NCBI GenBank assembly: GCA_964535315.1
Contig: CAZHTS010000003.1
Location: forward strand, 1 to 64,000
From: an uncultured Anaerolineaceae bacterium
GTDB lineage: Bacteria > Chloroflexota > Anaerolineae > Anaerolineales > Anaerolineaceae
DNA: 64,000 nucleotides
Direction: 5' to 3'
In this document: positions 18,701 to 25,542 of the stretch, piece by piece
Layout of the letters: the number at the start of each line of letters is the position of its first letter
How positions within the stretch are numbered: the first letter of the stretch is position 1
Translations under genes and position numbers: made by a program
The notes under the pieces: generated by a model
What the model saw: only the letters and a program-made list of their open reading frames with translations
Database searches by the model: none
Told to the model about the DNA's origin: nothing

Positions 18701-18832
18701 GTGTACAACTACACCTACGTCACCCGCGCCACCACGCCCGGTCGCTATGTGGTTCCGCCGGCTAAGGCCGAAGAGATGTACTCGCCCGAAGTGTTCGGGC
18801 GCAGTGGCAGCAATATCGTCATCGTGGAATAA
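12722..18832 (+). CDS. Alpha-2-macroglobulin family protein (bacterial A2M, thioester-containing) with an N-terminal membrane anchor and Pro-rich linker
   Basis: Thioester motif CTEQ (AYPFECTEQLSSRIL, nt 17342-17353). A2M receptor-binding/MG-domain-like C-terminus (WWWWRSWFEHQNLRDERAEAF...). N-terminal TM helix plus PPPRPG...PPPTQPPPPDP linker. Start at 12722 (RBS GGAGAAGGAGGG) is preferred over 12701. Confidence 0.9.
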   Translation: MSNQPQRTNTRLPVLALLLVLFICLIVAGGAAYFLLRNRMSLPFSPTGTQQIPVNLLPANNTGGAVVTQTVESGAPLQLSEGQAQPETVQRLPVATGEPLSQAQVDQILARLPTLVPQPGQQTDFKLAQQPIPPPRPGTTVQGAFPPPTQPPPPDPASAGPLQVLRFAPEGEIPTAPFISVTFNQPMVPLTTLADLSARDVPVRVEPPLEGTWRWIGVKTLTFEYDSALIDRLPKATEYHISVPAGTRSQTGGVLAETVEWKFTTPPPRVVATYPPDSPQPLKPLFFIQFDQRIDPAAVLKTIQVNAGGQPVALQLAGEEETQVDKGVSRMIKNAAAGRWLAFRAVQPLPADTGIAVTIGPGTPSAEGPLLTKEAQTYGFRTYAPLRIESHGCSWTDENTCRPLSPFYIRFNNNIDVSSYAESMLHIAPELAGVSANIYGNTITIKGATQGQTTYTVDLSGKIKDVFGQELGQDARLTFQVGKAEAVLFGPKQGFVTIDPFAGKPQFSVYTINYTKLNVQIYAVQPSDWPAYKQYLRDFQRNDVKTTPPGRRVFNKAINIEAESDALIETGIDLSPYMDGSFGHFVVIVEPPTGWFQQKEYWRTVQSWVQITQVGLDAFVDHSDMVVWATSLKDGAPLSGIDIAAETSGKQAATGSDGLARFAIPNNASYLVASSGADKALLPRSTAFWSDETWAARPVLDTLRWYVFDDRQMYRPGEEIHIKGWMRRIGGKQNGDVGPSTGITAVNYRITEPQGNEIGTGRAEVNALGGFDFAFTLPEAVNLGNASIYIYGEGNLGNLEGNQYYHSFQIQEFRRPEFEVKASNETPGPYFAGDHTNALVEARYYAGGPLPGAEVSWQVTTAPGSYTPPNWSDFTFGTWQPWWFYGWGDGGSSEGGQTETFNGRTDAAGVHRLRLDFNQNLGPRPLSVVASAAVMDVNRQAWGATTTLLVHPASLYVGMRSERYFVERGTPLEIDLIVTNLDGKPVIDRPIKVRAARLDWKYHGDRWGEEEADVQECTAGSKSEPVRCTFETALGGSYRITAEISDELGRKNQSQFIRWVSGGQRPAARNVEQEQVTLIPDKESYQPGDVANILVQPPFSPAEGLLTVSRSGLLYTERFQVTEGAVTLKIPIAAGHIPNLNIQVDLTGSANRLNERGETVAGAPRRPAYATAQLTLNIPPTQRRLTLSANLAAAELEPGQETTLDVTVKDAAGQPVSDAELAVVVVDEAILALSNYNMADPLFTFYTARPAELESLYGRASILLANPQELAEEARQKANEADGMLAGAAAVPAPAMEAAPTMAAMADEAKAGAAAPQPIRMRMDFNPLATFAPATHTNADGTARVTIKLPDNLTRYRVMVAAVDGGSGRRFGITESNLVARLPLMVRPSAPRFLNFGDRFELPVVLQNQTAEPLTVDVAVRASNLTLTGAAGQRVTIPARDRVEVRFPATTQLAGTARFQVAAVSGSYADAATVELPVYTPATTEAFATYGVIDEGNTAQPVAALNDIFPQYGGLEISTSSTALQSLTDAVLYLVAYPFECTEQLSSRILAVAALRDVLTAFKAEGLPSASEMEAAVQRDVERLQGLQNSDGGFPYWRRGQDSIPFNTIHVAHALQRAELKGFKVPEEMKPRLLQYLRQIENYYPSWYSQHTRQTLSAYALYVRHLMGDRDPDKAIQLLDEAGLENLDLDAVGWLWQVLQDAPNAGARLEAIRKHVNNRVVETAGAANFTTSYDDQSYLLLNSDRRTDAILLEALMIDDPKSDLTPKVVNGLLAHRTRGRWGNTQENVFVLLALDRYFNTYEARTPDFVARMWLGDAYVGEHAFRGRTTERYEVTVPMSYLVDQTAAGTQNLILSKDGPGRMYYRLGLRYAPTDLELPPLDMGFTVQRVYEAVDDPKDVSQDSDGVWHIKAGARVRVRLTLVAANRRYHVALVDPLPAGLEIVNPALAVSGSIPQDPNASDYSYGWWWWRSWFEHQNLRDERAEAFTSLLWDGVYNYTYVTRATTPGRYVVPPAKAEEMYSPEVFGRSGSNIVIVE

Positions 18833-18852
18833 CCATCCCGCCCAAAAACTCA

Positions 18853-18883
18853 CCCCCCGGCGAAAAGCCGGGGGGTGTTTTTA
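18853..18883. terminator. Bidirectional rho-independent terminator between the A2M gene and tRNA-Ser
   Basis: Stem CCCCCCGGC / GCCGGGGGG with loop GAAAA; T-run TGTTTTTA on the + strand and TGAGTTTTTGGG on the - strand. Confidence 0.6.
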
Positions 18884-18885
18884 TC

Positions 18886-18975
18886 TGGCGGAGAGGGTGG
18901 GATTTGAACCCACGGTACCTTGCGGTACACGCGCTCTCCAGGCGCGCGCGTTAGGCCAAACTACGCTACCTCTCC
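18886..18975 (-). tRNA. tRNA-Ser (anticodon GGA)
   Basis: Reverse complement reads GGAGAGG-TA-GCG..CGC-G-CGCGC-CTGGAGA-GCGCG-(long variable arm TGTACCGCAAGGTACCG)-GTGGG-TTCAAAT-CCCAC-CCTCTCC-G-CCA. It forms a cloverleaf with a 7-nt anticodon loop carrying GGA, and the long variable arm is diagnostic of a Ser/Leu class II tRNA. Confidence 0.9.
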
Positions 18976-19044
18976 AGGAAAACCTGAGTGCCATCCGCTC
19001 AGGCGACGGCTATTATACCATAACTCTTCCGCAGGACGGCAAAT

Positions 19045-19464
19045 TCATCCATGCTTTTTGCGTTTCACCATCGTCAGGGTATTGGCGCCGCCCGGCTCAA
19101 ACACAAAATGCACTTCATCCATCGTCTGGCGCATCAAATGCAGCCCCAAGCCGCCGTGCACCTCGCGCCGCCGCAGCAGGGTGCGAATGGATGGCCGGCT
19201 GCGCTGCGGATCAAACGACTTGCCCCAATCGCGCAAAACCACCACCAACGCCTCAGGCGTATCGGTCAAGGTGAACTCGATCTCGCCCCCCTCCATACCC
19301 TCATAAGCATGTTCGATGATATTGGCGCAGGCCTCTTCAACCGCCAGTTGTACGGCGTACAATTCCGAGCGGCTCAGGCCAGAATGCAGCGTCTCGGCCT
19401 GCAAATGGGCATCGATCGCCGCCAACTGCTCCAGACGCGCTGCAAAGCGCATACAGCCCCCCAT
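19045..19464 (-). CDS. Anti-sigma regulatory factor (RsbW/SpoIIAB-like serine kinase, HATPase_c)
   Basis: GHKL ATPase motifs (VEEACANIIEHAY; DWGKSFDP; GGLGLHLM). Sits immediately downstream of a STAS gene. Confidence 0.7.
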   Translation of the reverse strand: MGGCMRFAARLEQLAAIDAHLQAETLHSGLSRSELYAVQLAVEEACANIIEHAYEGMEGGEIEFTLTDTPEALVVVLRDWGKSFDPQRSRPSIRTLLRRREVHGGLGLHLMRQTMDEVHFVFEPGGANTLTMVKRKKHG

Positions 19465-19466
19465 CT

Positions 19467-19802
19467 TTACAGATTGCCAATCGCTTCCAACAGCGTCGAC
19501 TGGCGTCTGAAATACTCGCCGATCCCGATGATCTCCATCGTCTCAACGATCGCAGATTGTGCCCCTACCAGAACAATCTCGCCGCGATTATAACGCTTGC
19601 ACGTCTTCTGGGCATTAATCAACACCCACCAGCCTGCACTGGAAATAAAATCGATGGCGCTCATATCGAACAAAATGCGGTAATGCCCGGCTTCGATGAT
19701 CTCGTTGAACGCCTTTTCCAGTTCAGGGGCGGTGTAATGATCGATGCGCTCTTTGGTAGCCAGGACGACGCAGCGTTTGTATTCTTGGATGGAGTATTGC
19801 AT
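19467..19802 (-). CDS. STAS-domain anti-sigma-factor antagonist (SpoIIAA/RsbV-like)
   Basis: 111 aa; ...ILFDMSAIDFISSAGWWVLINAQKTCKR... is a typical STAS fold sequence with a conserved Ser region. A 2-nt intergenic gap to the kinase gene suggests an operon. Confidence 0.75.
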   Translation of the reverse strand: MQYSIQEYKRCVVLATKERIDHYTAPELEKAFNEIIEAGHYRILFDMSAIDFISSAGWWVLINAQKTCKRYNRGEIVLVGAQSAIVETMEIIGIGEYFRRQSTLLEAIGNL

Positions 19803-19892
19803 GGCTTTCCTCGTTTGCCGCGAAAATATCAGTGCAGCGAATTATAGCACGGATGGACGCCCCCTCCCGTAGAAAAGCTGAACCAGACGCGC

Positions 19893-20282
19893 TTATCCCC
19901 GCCGCGTCGAAGAAATCAACTGGCTGCAGCCTGCCCACAGCGAGGCCAGCAAACACCCCCCCACGGCCAGTCCGGCGATTAGCATACCGTAACCGTCCAT
20001 ATCCAGATAACAGATGCGCATCCATAACCAGGACAGTTCCAGGCGCATATAACTCAGCCACGCCTGCGGCAGCCATTGCGCCGCCAACCAGAGCACCCCA
20101 ACCATCCCCATTGCAAACAAGCCCAGGGCAATGTCCAACCACGGCACCTGAAAACGCGGCCGGTAAGGCGTCGTCTTTACCCGGCGCATCACCTGGGGAA
20201 ACAATTGCAGCGGCGCCGGTTCCAATGGCGCAGTACGCAGCGCATCTTCGATCGCATCCTCCCAGCGTTGTTCACCTTCCAT
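19893..20282 (-). CDS. Putative membrane anti-sigma factor cognate to the upstream ECF sigma factor
   Basis: Starts at MEGEQRWEDAI, overlapping the sigma gene stop (ATGGAAGGTGA). Two predicted TM helices (LGLFAMGMVGVLWLAA; GMLIAGLAVGGCLLASLWA). Position immediately 3' of the ECF sigma gene. Confidence 0.5.
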   Translation of the reverse strand: MEGEQRWEDAIEDALRTAPLEPAPLQLFPQVMRRVKTTPYRPRFQVPWLDIALGLFAMGMVGVLWLAAQWLPQAWLSYMRLELSWLWMRICYLDMDGYGMLIAGLAVGGCLLASLWAGCSQLISSTRRG

Positions 20283-20847
20283 CCAACACCTCCTCTCGAG
20301 TCTGCAAAGCGTTCCGCAATTGCGCATGCGCCCGGAACAACCCCGTCTTCACCGTTCCTAAAGGCACGCCTAACACCTGGGCAATCTCATCATACGACAA
20401 ATCCTGCTGGTAACGCAACATCACCATCAGGCGATAACTGGCCGGTAAACGCTCGATCTGACGATGCAAAAAGGAGCGCTGCTCCTGGCGTTCCAGCCCG
20501 GCCTGCAAATCACTGTGTTCTTCGCCCAGCCAGTCTTGCAGCTCCTCCACCGGCAGGGTGGCCAGTTCACGCCGTAGGCGGGGATACTGGCTGTAACACA
20601 AATTCATCACGATCCGGTACAACCAGGTGCGGAAACGAGCCGTTTCCCGAAAACCGGGCAAAGCAGTCCACGCCCGTAAAAACGCCTCCTGCGCCATATC
20701 CTGCGCCTCCTCCGCATTACCGGTCGCCCGCAAAGCCAGATTATAAACGAAAGTCTGGTGCGTTAATACCAGCGTAGCAAACGATTGCGTATCGCCGTTG
20801 CGCGCCCGTTGAATCAGTTCGGTTTCGTTGAAAGATGAGATTGTCAT
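20272..20847 (-). CDS. RNA polymerase ECF-type sigma-70 family sigma factor
   Basis: Region 2 (FATLVLTHQTFVYNLALRATGNAEEAQDMAQEAFLRAW) and region 4 HTH (LSYDEIAQVLGVPLGTVKTGLFRAHAQLRNAL). Confidence 0.85.
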   Translation of the reverse strand: MTISSFNETELIQRARNGDTQSFATLVLTHQTFVYNLALRATGNAEEAQDMAQEAFLRAWTALPGFRETARFRTWLYRIVMNLCYSQYPRLRRELATLPVEELQDWLGEEHSDLQAGLERQEQRSFLHRQIERLPASYRLMVMLRYQQDLSYDEIAQVLGVPLGTVKTGLFRAHAQLRNALQTREEVLDGR

Positions 20848-20957
20848 ACCGACTCATTGATTAGACCACAGTTCACCGTAAAAAGTTTCAACAGTTTTTG
20901 TTGAAACTTTTTGCTCAGAAACCGGTCTTATTACCAAAAGCAAAAAGGAGCGTATGG

Positions 20958-22256
20958 ATGCAAAAGAAATGGCTCATCGCCGCAATTCTCATCGTCTGCC
21001 TGCTGGGCATCTGTGGCCTGACCGTGCTGATCGTAGCCAGCACCTATCGCTACATCAGCGCCTCTGGTGTTCATCTCAGCCTTCAGATCCAGGATATTTC
21101 TGCCGAAGCCGATGAAAACCGCAGTTTCAACGTAGAAAGCCCGGCCGTGCTCATCGTCGAAAACCCCAACGGGCAAACCACCATCATCGGCGGCGAGTCG
21201 CAAATCGCCGTCCAGGCGCACAAGACCGCCTGGGGCCCCGACAAAGAGACCGCCGAACAGGCGCTGTCCGATTTTCAAGTCGAAATGACACAGGATGGCA
21301 ACACCGTGCGGGTCACCGTTAAAGATTCCATCCAGATTGGTATCGGCGAGTTTCACCCCCCCAGCGCCGACCTCACCATCCGGGTGCCCGCCCAGACTCA
21401 GGTCACTGTCAACTCACAGTCCGGGAGCATCGATGCCCAACAGGTCGAAGAAAAGGTCAATCTCAAAACCAATTTTGGCGACATCCACATTGAGAACGCC
21501 AAAGGTGAAGTGACCGCCCAGACCCAGAATGGCACCCTCTCCGCACACCAGATCCAGGCCGGCGAAAAAACGATCGACTTACGCTCCGATTTTGGCGGGA
21601 TTGTCCTGACCGAATCTGACGGCGGTGCGTTAGAGGCTCATTCGAAAAACGGTCAGATCGAATTGAATTCTGTGCGCCTCAGCGGAAGCGCCAACCTGTC
21701 GACCGACTTTGGCGAAACCACCTGGAGCGGCGGCGGGTGTAAGTCGCTCACCAGCCAATCTCAAAATGGCGGCCTGACCTTCAACGGACTGTCGGTGAGC
21801 GAAACCTTGCAGGCAACCAGCGACTTCGGCAGGGTGTCGGTAGAAGACAGCCGCGCCAGTTCCTATGTACTCCAGACGCGCAACGGAGAGATTTCTATCG
21901 TCAAGGCCAACGGCAAGATTAAAGCCAACAGTGAGTTCGGTGAAATTCGCCTCGAAGAGGTGGACGCCAGCGGACTCGAGATCGATACCCGCAGCGGCGG
22001 CATCGAGTTTTCCGGCTCGCTGGGAGACGGCCCACATACGCTGCACACCGAATTCGGCAACGTGAACATCAGAATCCCCCAAAATACGGCTTTCGATTTT
22101 GACCTGGAAACCAATTTTGGCAAAATCGACGTACAATTCGACGTCAACATACAGGGCCAGCCCAACGAGAACCATTGGAAGGGCAGCGTCAACGGCGGCG
22201 GCGCAAAATTGACCGTCACAACCCGCAATGGCAACATTGCAATCGAAACCAAATAA
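20958..22256 (+). CDS. DUF4097-like beta-strand repeat protein (putative adhesin / LiaG-like), membrane anchored
   Basis: Start at MQKKWLIAAIL (RBS AAAAAGGAG). N-terminal TM helix, then many short repeats of the pattern ...NGxI.l....g.i...tdfG.i (e.g. TNFGDIHIENAKGEV, SDFGGIVLTESDGG, TDFGETTWSGGG, SEFGEIRLEEVDAS, TEFGNVNIRIPQNT). Confidence 0.6.
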   Translation: MQKKWLIAAILIVCLLGICGLTVLIVASTYRYISASGVHLSLQIQDISAEADENRSFNVESPAVLIVENPNGQTTIIGGESQIAVQAHKTAWGPDKETAEQALSDFQVEMTQDGNTVRVTVKDSIQIGIGEFHPPSADLTIRVPAQTQVTVNSQSGSIDAQQVEEKVNLKTNFGDIHIENAKGEVTAQTQNGTLSAHQIQAGEKTIDLRSDFGGIVLTESDGGALEAHSKNGQIELNSVRLSGSANLSTDFGETTWSGGGCKSLTSQSQNGGLTFNGLSVSETLQATSDFGRVSVEDSRASSYVLQTRNGEISIVKANGKIKANSEFGEIRLEEVDASGLEIDTRSGGIEFSGSLGDGPHTLHTEFGNVNIRIPQNTAFDFDLETNFGKIDVQFDVNIQGQPNENHWKGSVNGGGAKLTVTTRNGNIAIETK

Positions 22257-22274
22257 CTGTCAGGAGGAATAGAC

Positions 22275-22703
22275 ATGGATGGGTTTATTTTTTGTGCAGG
22301 CGTTATTGCCTTCTTCGTGGTGCTGTTCGGCTTTATTGTGCTGATGCGCTACATGAACTTTCGCGAAACGTTGGCGCTGGCCGAAAAAGGCCTGGCGCAG
22401 CCAGAACGCCCTCGCCGCAACGGCAAAGACACCCTGCGCTGGGGCATCATCATCGCCGCACTCGGCCTGGCGCTTTGCCTGGGGCTGTGGCCGCTGGGGG
22501 TAAACTCTGATTTTCCGCTCGGGTTTGGGCCCTGGATGCTGGTCGGATTGGCGCCGTTATTCTTCGGGCTGGCGCTCATCCTTATTTATGTGCTGACCCA
22601 CGAAGAGAAAACCGAGAAAACAGCGCCGGCGCCAGTCAACAAGCCGCCTGTGGCTTCCATTCCAGAACCTGAAGAGCCCGAACCCCCCGCTCAAACGGTA
22701 TAA
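22275..22703 (+). CDS. Small integral membrane protein with a Pro/Glu-rich C-terminal tail (hypothetical)
   Basis: RBS GGAGGA lies upstream. Three or four hydrophobic helices, then ...APAPVNKPPVASIPEPEEPEPPAQTV. Co-directional with the DUF4097 gene. Confidence 0.5.
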   Translation: MDGFIFCAGVIAFFVVLFGFIVLMRYMNFRETLALAEKGLAQPERPRRNGKDTLRWGIIIAALGLALCLGLWPLGVNSDFPLGFGPWMLVGLAPLFFGLALILIYVLTHEEKTEKTAPAPVNKPPVASIPEPEEPEPPAQTV

Positions 22704-22713
22704 ACATAAAAAA

Positions 22714-22746
22714 CACCGGTCGCCCCACCAGCGACCGGTGTTTTTA
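22714..22746. terminator. Bidirectional rho-independent terminator
   Basis: Stem CACCGGTCGC / GCGACCGGTG with loop CCCACCA, flanked by an A-run upstream (CATAAAAAA) and a T-run downstream (TTTTTAT). Sits between convergent genes. Confidence 0.55.
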
Positions 22747-22761
22747 TCAGCCCACCGTCGT

Positions 22762-23313
22762 TCAGGACAGCAGAGCCAGAATCTCTTCCGCAGTGATCAC
22801 ACGGGCATACGTGCCATTCAACGCCGCCAGAAAAGCGGCGTGTACATGTTCGGCCGGAACCTGCACTCCGCCATACTCGAGCGCCCTGGTGGCGCAGGCA
22901 TCCTGGGCCACCAGGCATTCAAAGCCGTAGTCCCACGCCGCGCGTACCCCCGCGTCCACACACATGTGTGTCATCATCCCGGCCACAACCAGGCGCTCAA
23001 TCTGTAATCCTCGCAGATGATCCAACAATGGCGTATCCCGGAAGCTGTTGGGAACGTGCTTCTGGAACACCGCTTCGCCCGGCAACGGCTGCACGTTGGC
23101 ATGGATCAATACACCCTCTGTATCCGGCAGGAAGAAGCGCGCCCCCGGCCGCGTCGACACATGTTGGATATGCACCACCGGCAGCGCCTGGCGGCGAAAC
23201 GCGTCCAGCAGCCGGCGCGCCTGCACGCTGGCCTCGAGGCTGCCCACCAGCGGGTTGCGCCCGCCGGAAAAATAATCATTCTGGATATCAATCAGCAACA
23301 AAGCAGTTTTCAT
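22762..23313 (-). CDS. Isochorismatase-family cysteine hydrolase
   Basis: MKTALLLIDIQNDYF... N-terminus, plus a conserved Cys region (MMTHMCVDAGVRAA). Confidence 0.8.
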   Translation of the reverse strand: MKTALLLIDIQNDYFSGGRNPLVGSLEASVQARRLLDAFRRQALPVVHIQHVSTRPGARFFLPDTEGVLIHANVQPLPGEAVFQKHVPNSFRDTPLLDHLRGLQIERLVVAGMMTHMCVDAGVRAAWDYGFECLVAQDACATRALEYGGVQVPAEHVHAAFLAALNGTYARVITAEEILALLS

Positions 23314-23388
23314 GTCGTATCCTCTTGTTCTAACGTTTACAGCCCTCTGCTATAATTAGCCTACTTCATCCACACACAAGGGCACGGT

Positions 23389-24609
23389 ATGGTTCAAGTA
23401 TACATCATCGGCGCCGGTCCGGCAGGCATGTTGGCCGCCTTGCAGGCCAGGCAACAAGGCGCCGAAGTCCATCTGATCGAGCGCAACGCCATTCTGGGGC
23501 GCAAACTACTGGTCACCGGCAGCGGGCGCTGCAACCTGACCAACGCCGCCGTGGCGGCAGAACGCTACGCCTGCGCCGACCCCGATTTCATCCGCCAGAT
23601 GTTGAGCCGCTTTGGACGCCCTGAACTGCTCGCCGCCCTGGAAACGATTGGTGTGCTCAGTTATGCCACCCCCGATGGCTGGTATTACCCGCTGTCCGAG
23701 TCGGCCGCCACGGTCGTAGACGCCTTTGCCGCCGCGCTCAACCAGGCAGGCGTCATCCTGCATCTTGACGCCCCTGTTCTGGACATACGCCGCGCCAGGT
23801 CTGGCTTTCAACTCTCGGGGCCCAACGGCGACTTTTTTGCCCGGCGGCTCATCCTCGCCGCCGGCGGCCGGGCTGCCCCCAATCTCGGTTCGCGCGGCGA
23901 GCTCTTCCCTGCCCTGCAGCGCCTGGGGCACACCGTGCTGCCGCTGCGCCCGGCCCTGGCCCCCTTACAGGTCGATTTGCACTCGTTCCACAAACTACAG
24001 GGCGTTCGCCTGGATGTCCGCAGCCGGATATGGCTGGCAGGCAAAACGCTCCTGGGGGAAACCACCGGCAATTTAATCGTCACCCAGTGGGGCTTCAATG
24101 GGCCGGCAGTAATGGATCTCAGCCACCTGGTCGGCGCCCACCCCGGCCAGGACATGCAGCTCGAACTCAACCTGTTACCGGCCAGCGAAGACGCCCTGCG
24201 CCAGTTGATCGCCCGCAAACGCCGCCAGCAGATTCCATTACGCGTTTTACTCGGCGCGGTCCTGCCGCCAAAAGTTCCGCCTGTCTTTCTGGAGCTGGTC
24301 AAAATCCCACTCGAGGCCCCCATCCATCAGATTGACGAAGAAGCGTTGAATCGCCTGCTGCACCTGTTGACCGGGATACGCTTCACCGTACGCGGCACGC
24401 GCGATTTTGAATTCTGCCAGGTGGCCGCCGGTGGTGTACCGGTCGATGAGGTCGATCCCACCCGCATGGCCTCCCGCCGCGTCCCCGGACTCTATCTGGC
24501 CGGGGAAACGTTAGATGTCGTCGGCCCGTGCGGCGGTTACAACCTGCAATTTGCCTTCAGCAGCGGAGCCATCGCCGGCGCAGCCGCCGGGGAAGATAGC
24601 AGCGCCTAG
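23389..24609 (+). CDS. HI0933/BaiN-like NAD(P)/FAD-dependent oxidoreductase (aminoacetone oxidase family)
   Basis: Rossmann-fold motif VYIIGAGPAGMLAA, followed by GRKLLVTGSGRCNLTN and the C-terminal GAIAGAAAG typical of the HI0933 family. Confidence 0.8.
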   Translation: MVQVYIIGAGPAGMLAALQARQQGAEVHLIERNAILGRKLLVTGSGRCNLTNAAVAAERYACADPDFIRQMLSRFGRPELLAALETIGVLSYATPDGWYYPLSESAATVVDAFAAALNQAGVILHLDAPVLDIRRARSGFQLSGPNGDFFARRLILAAGGRAAPNLGSRGELFPALQRLGHTVLPLRPALAPLQVDLHSFHKLQGVRLDVRSRIWLAGKTLLGETTGNLIVTQWGFNGPAVMDLSHLVGAHPGQDMQLELNLLPASEDALRQLIARKRRQQIPLRVLLGAVLPPKVPPVFLELVKIPLEAPIHQIDEEALNRLLHLLTGIRFTVRGTRDFEFCQVAAGGVPVDEVDPTRMASRRVPGLYLAGETLDVVGPCGGYNLQFAFSSGAIAGAAAGEDSSA

Positions 24610-25532
24610 AACGGCGCTTCCACCAGACGGTCGGTCAATTGAATGAAATCCTGAGTGTGCCAGATGTTGCCGGAGCCAACCGGCCATTCGCCGCGCAGCT
24701 GCGCCTTCCAGACCTCCGGAATGGCCGATAAACCGTAGGCCGCTCCGGCCATCGCCCCCACCACCGCTCCGACCGTATCGGCATCCTGCCCCAGATTGAC
24801 CACCTGCACCACCGCCTCCTCAAAAGAGGTGGTGGTCAACAGCCCCCACACCGCGCTTTCCAATGTGTGGCGCACCCAGCCGCTGTTTTCCAATTCCGAC
24901 CGCTGGCGATGCGGCGCCTGCTCGATCGTCTGGCGCAGGTGGGCCGGCAACGTAGTCGCCTTGAGCGCTGTATCCAGCGCTTCGTGCGGCGTGTCCCCGT
25001 GGATCAATTGATAAATGATACGGTTGATTAACACCGACCCCTGCACACATTCAATGTGCGGGTGGGTTACCTTGCTTTGTAACTCGCTATCCACCACCAG
25101 TTGGATCGGGTCGTTCCACCAGGCAATCGCCACCGGCCAGCTGCGCATCAGCGAACCATTAGGGGCGCTGTTGGCCAGGTATTCCTCGGCGCGTTGCATG
25201 GCGTCCCGCCACGGCATCCCCTCTGCCAGCCAGCCCAGGACCTTACGGGTATGCACGCCGATGTCCGGCGGATTCTTTTCATACCAGGCAACAAGATGCC
25301 TGCTCAAATCCGAGCCGCGCAACGGGCGAGAAGAAATCAAACTCTCGGCCACCGCCAGGGCCATCTCGGTATCATCGGTGAACGAACCGGCTGGCAAACG
25401 TCCGGGTTTCATCGTGCGCACCAGGCGATCCTCTGGGATCGCTGGCCCGAACTCCAGCGCCATCCCCAGCGCATCTCCAACCGCCGCGCCAACTGCCACC
25501 CCATATAAACGATCTTTCATCTGTTCGTCCAT
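24606..25532 (-). CDS. ADP-ribosylglycohydrolase family protein (DraG-like)
   Basis: LYGVAVGAAVGDALGMALEF... and the C-terminal GDTDTVGAVVGAMAGAAYG metal-binding motifs. Confidence 0.8.
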   Translation of the reverse strand: MDEQMKDRLYGVAVGAAVGDALGMALEFGPAIPEDRLVRTMKPGRLPAGSFTDDTEMALAVAESLISSRPLRGSDLSRHLVAWYEKNPPDIGVHTRKVLGWLAEGMPWRDAMQRAEEYLANSAPNGSLMRSWPVAIAWWNDPIQLVVDSELQSKVTHPHIECVQGSVLINRIIYQLIHGDTPHEALDTALKATTLPAHLRQTIEQAPHRQRSELENSGWVRHTLESAVWGLLTTTSFEEAVVQVVNLGQDADTVGAVVGAMAGAAYGLSAIPEVWKAQLRGEWPVGSGNIWHTQDFIQLTDRLVEAPF

Positions 25533-25542
25533 CGTCCCTCCG

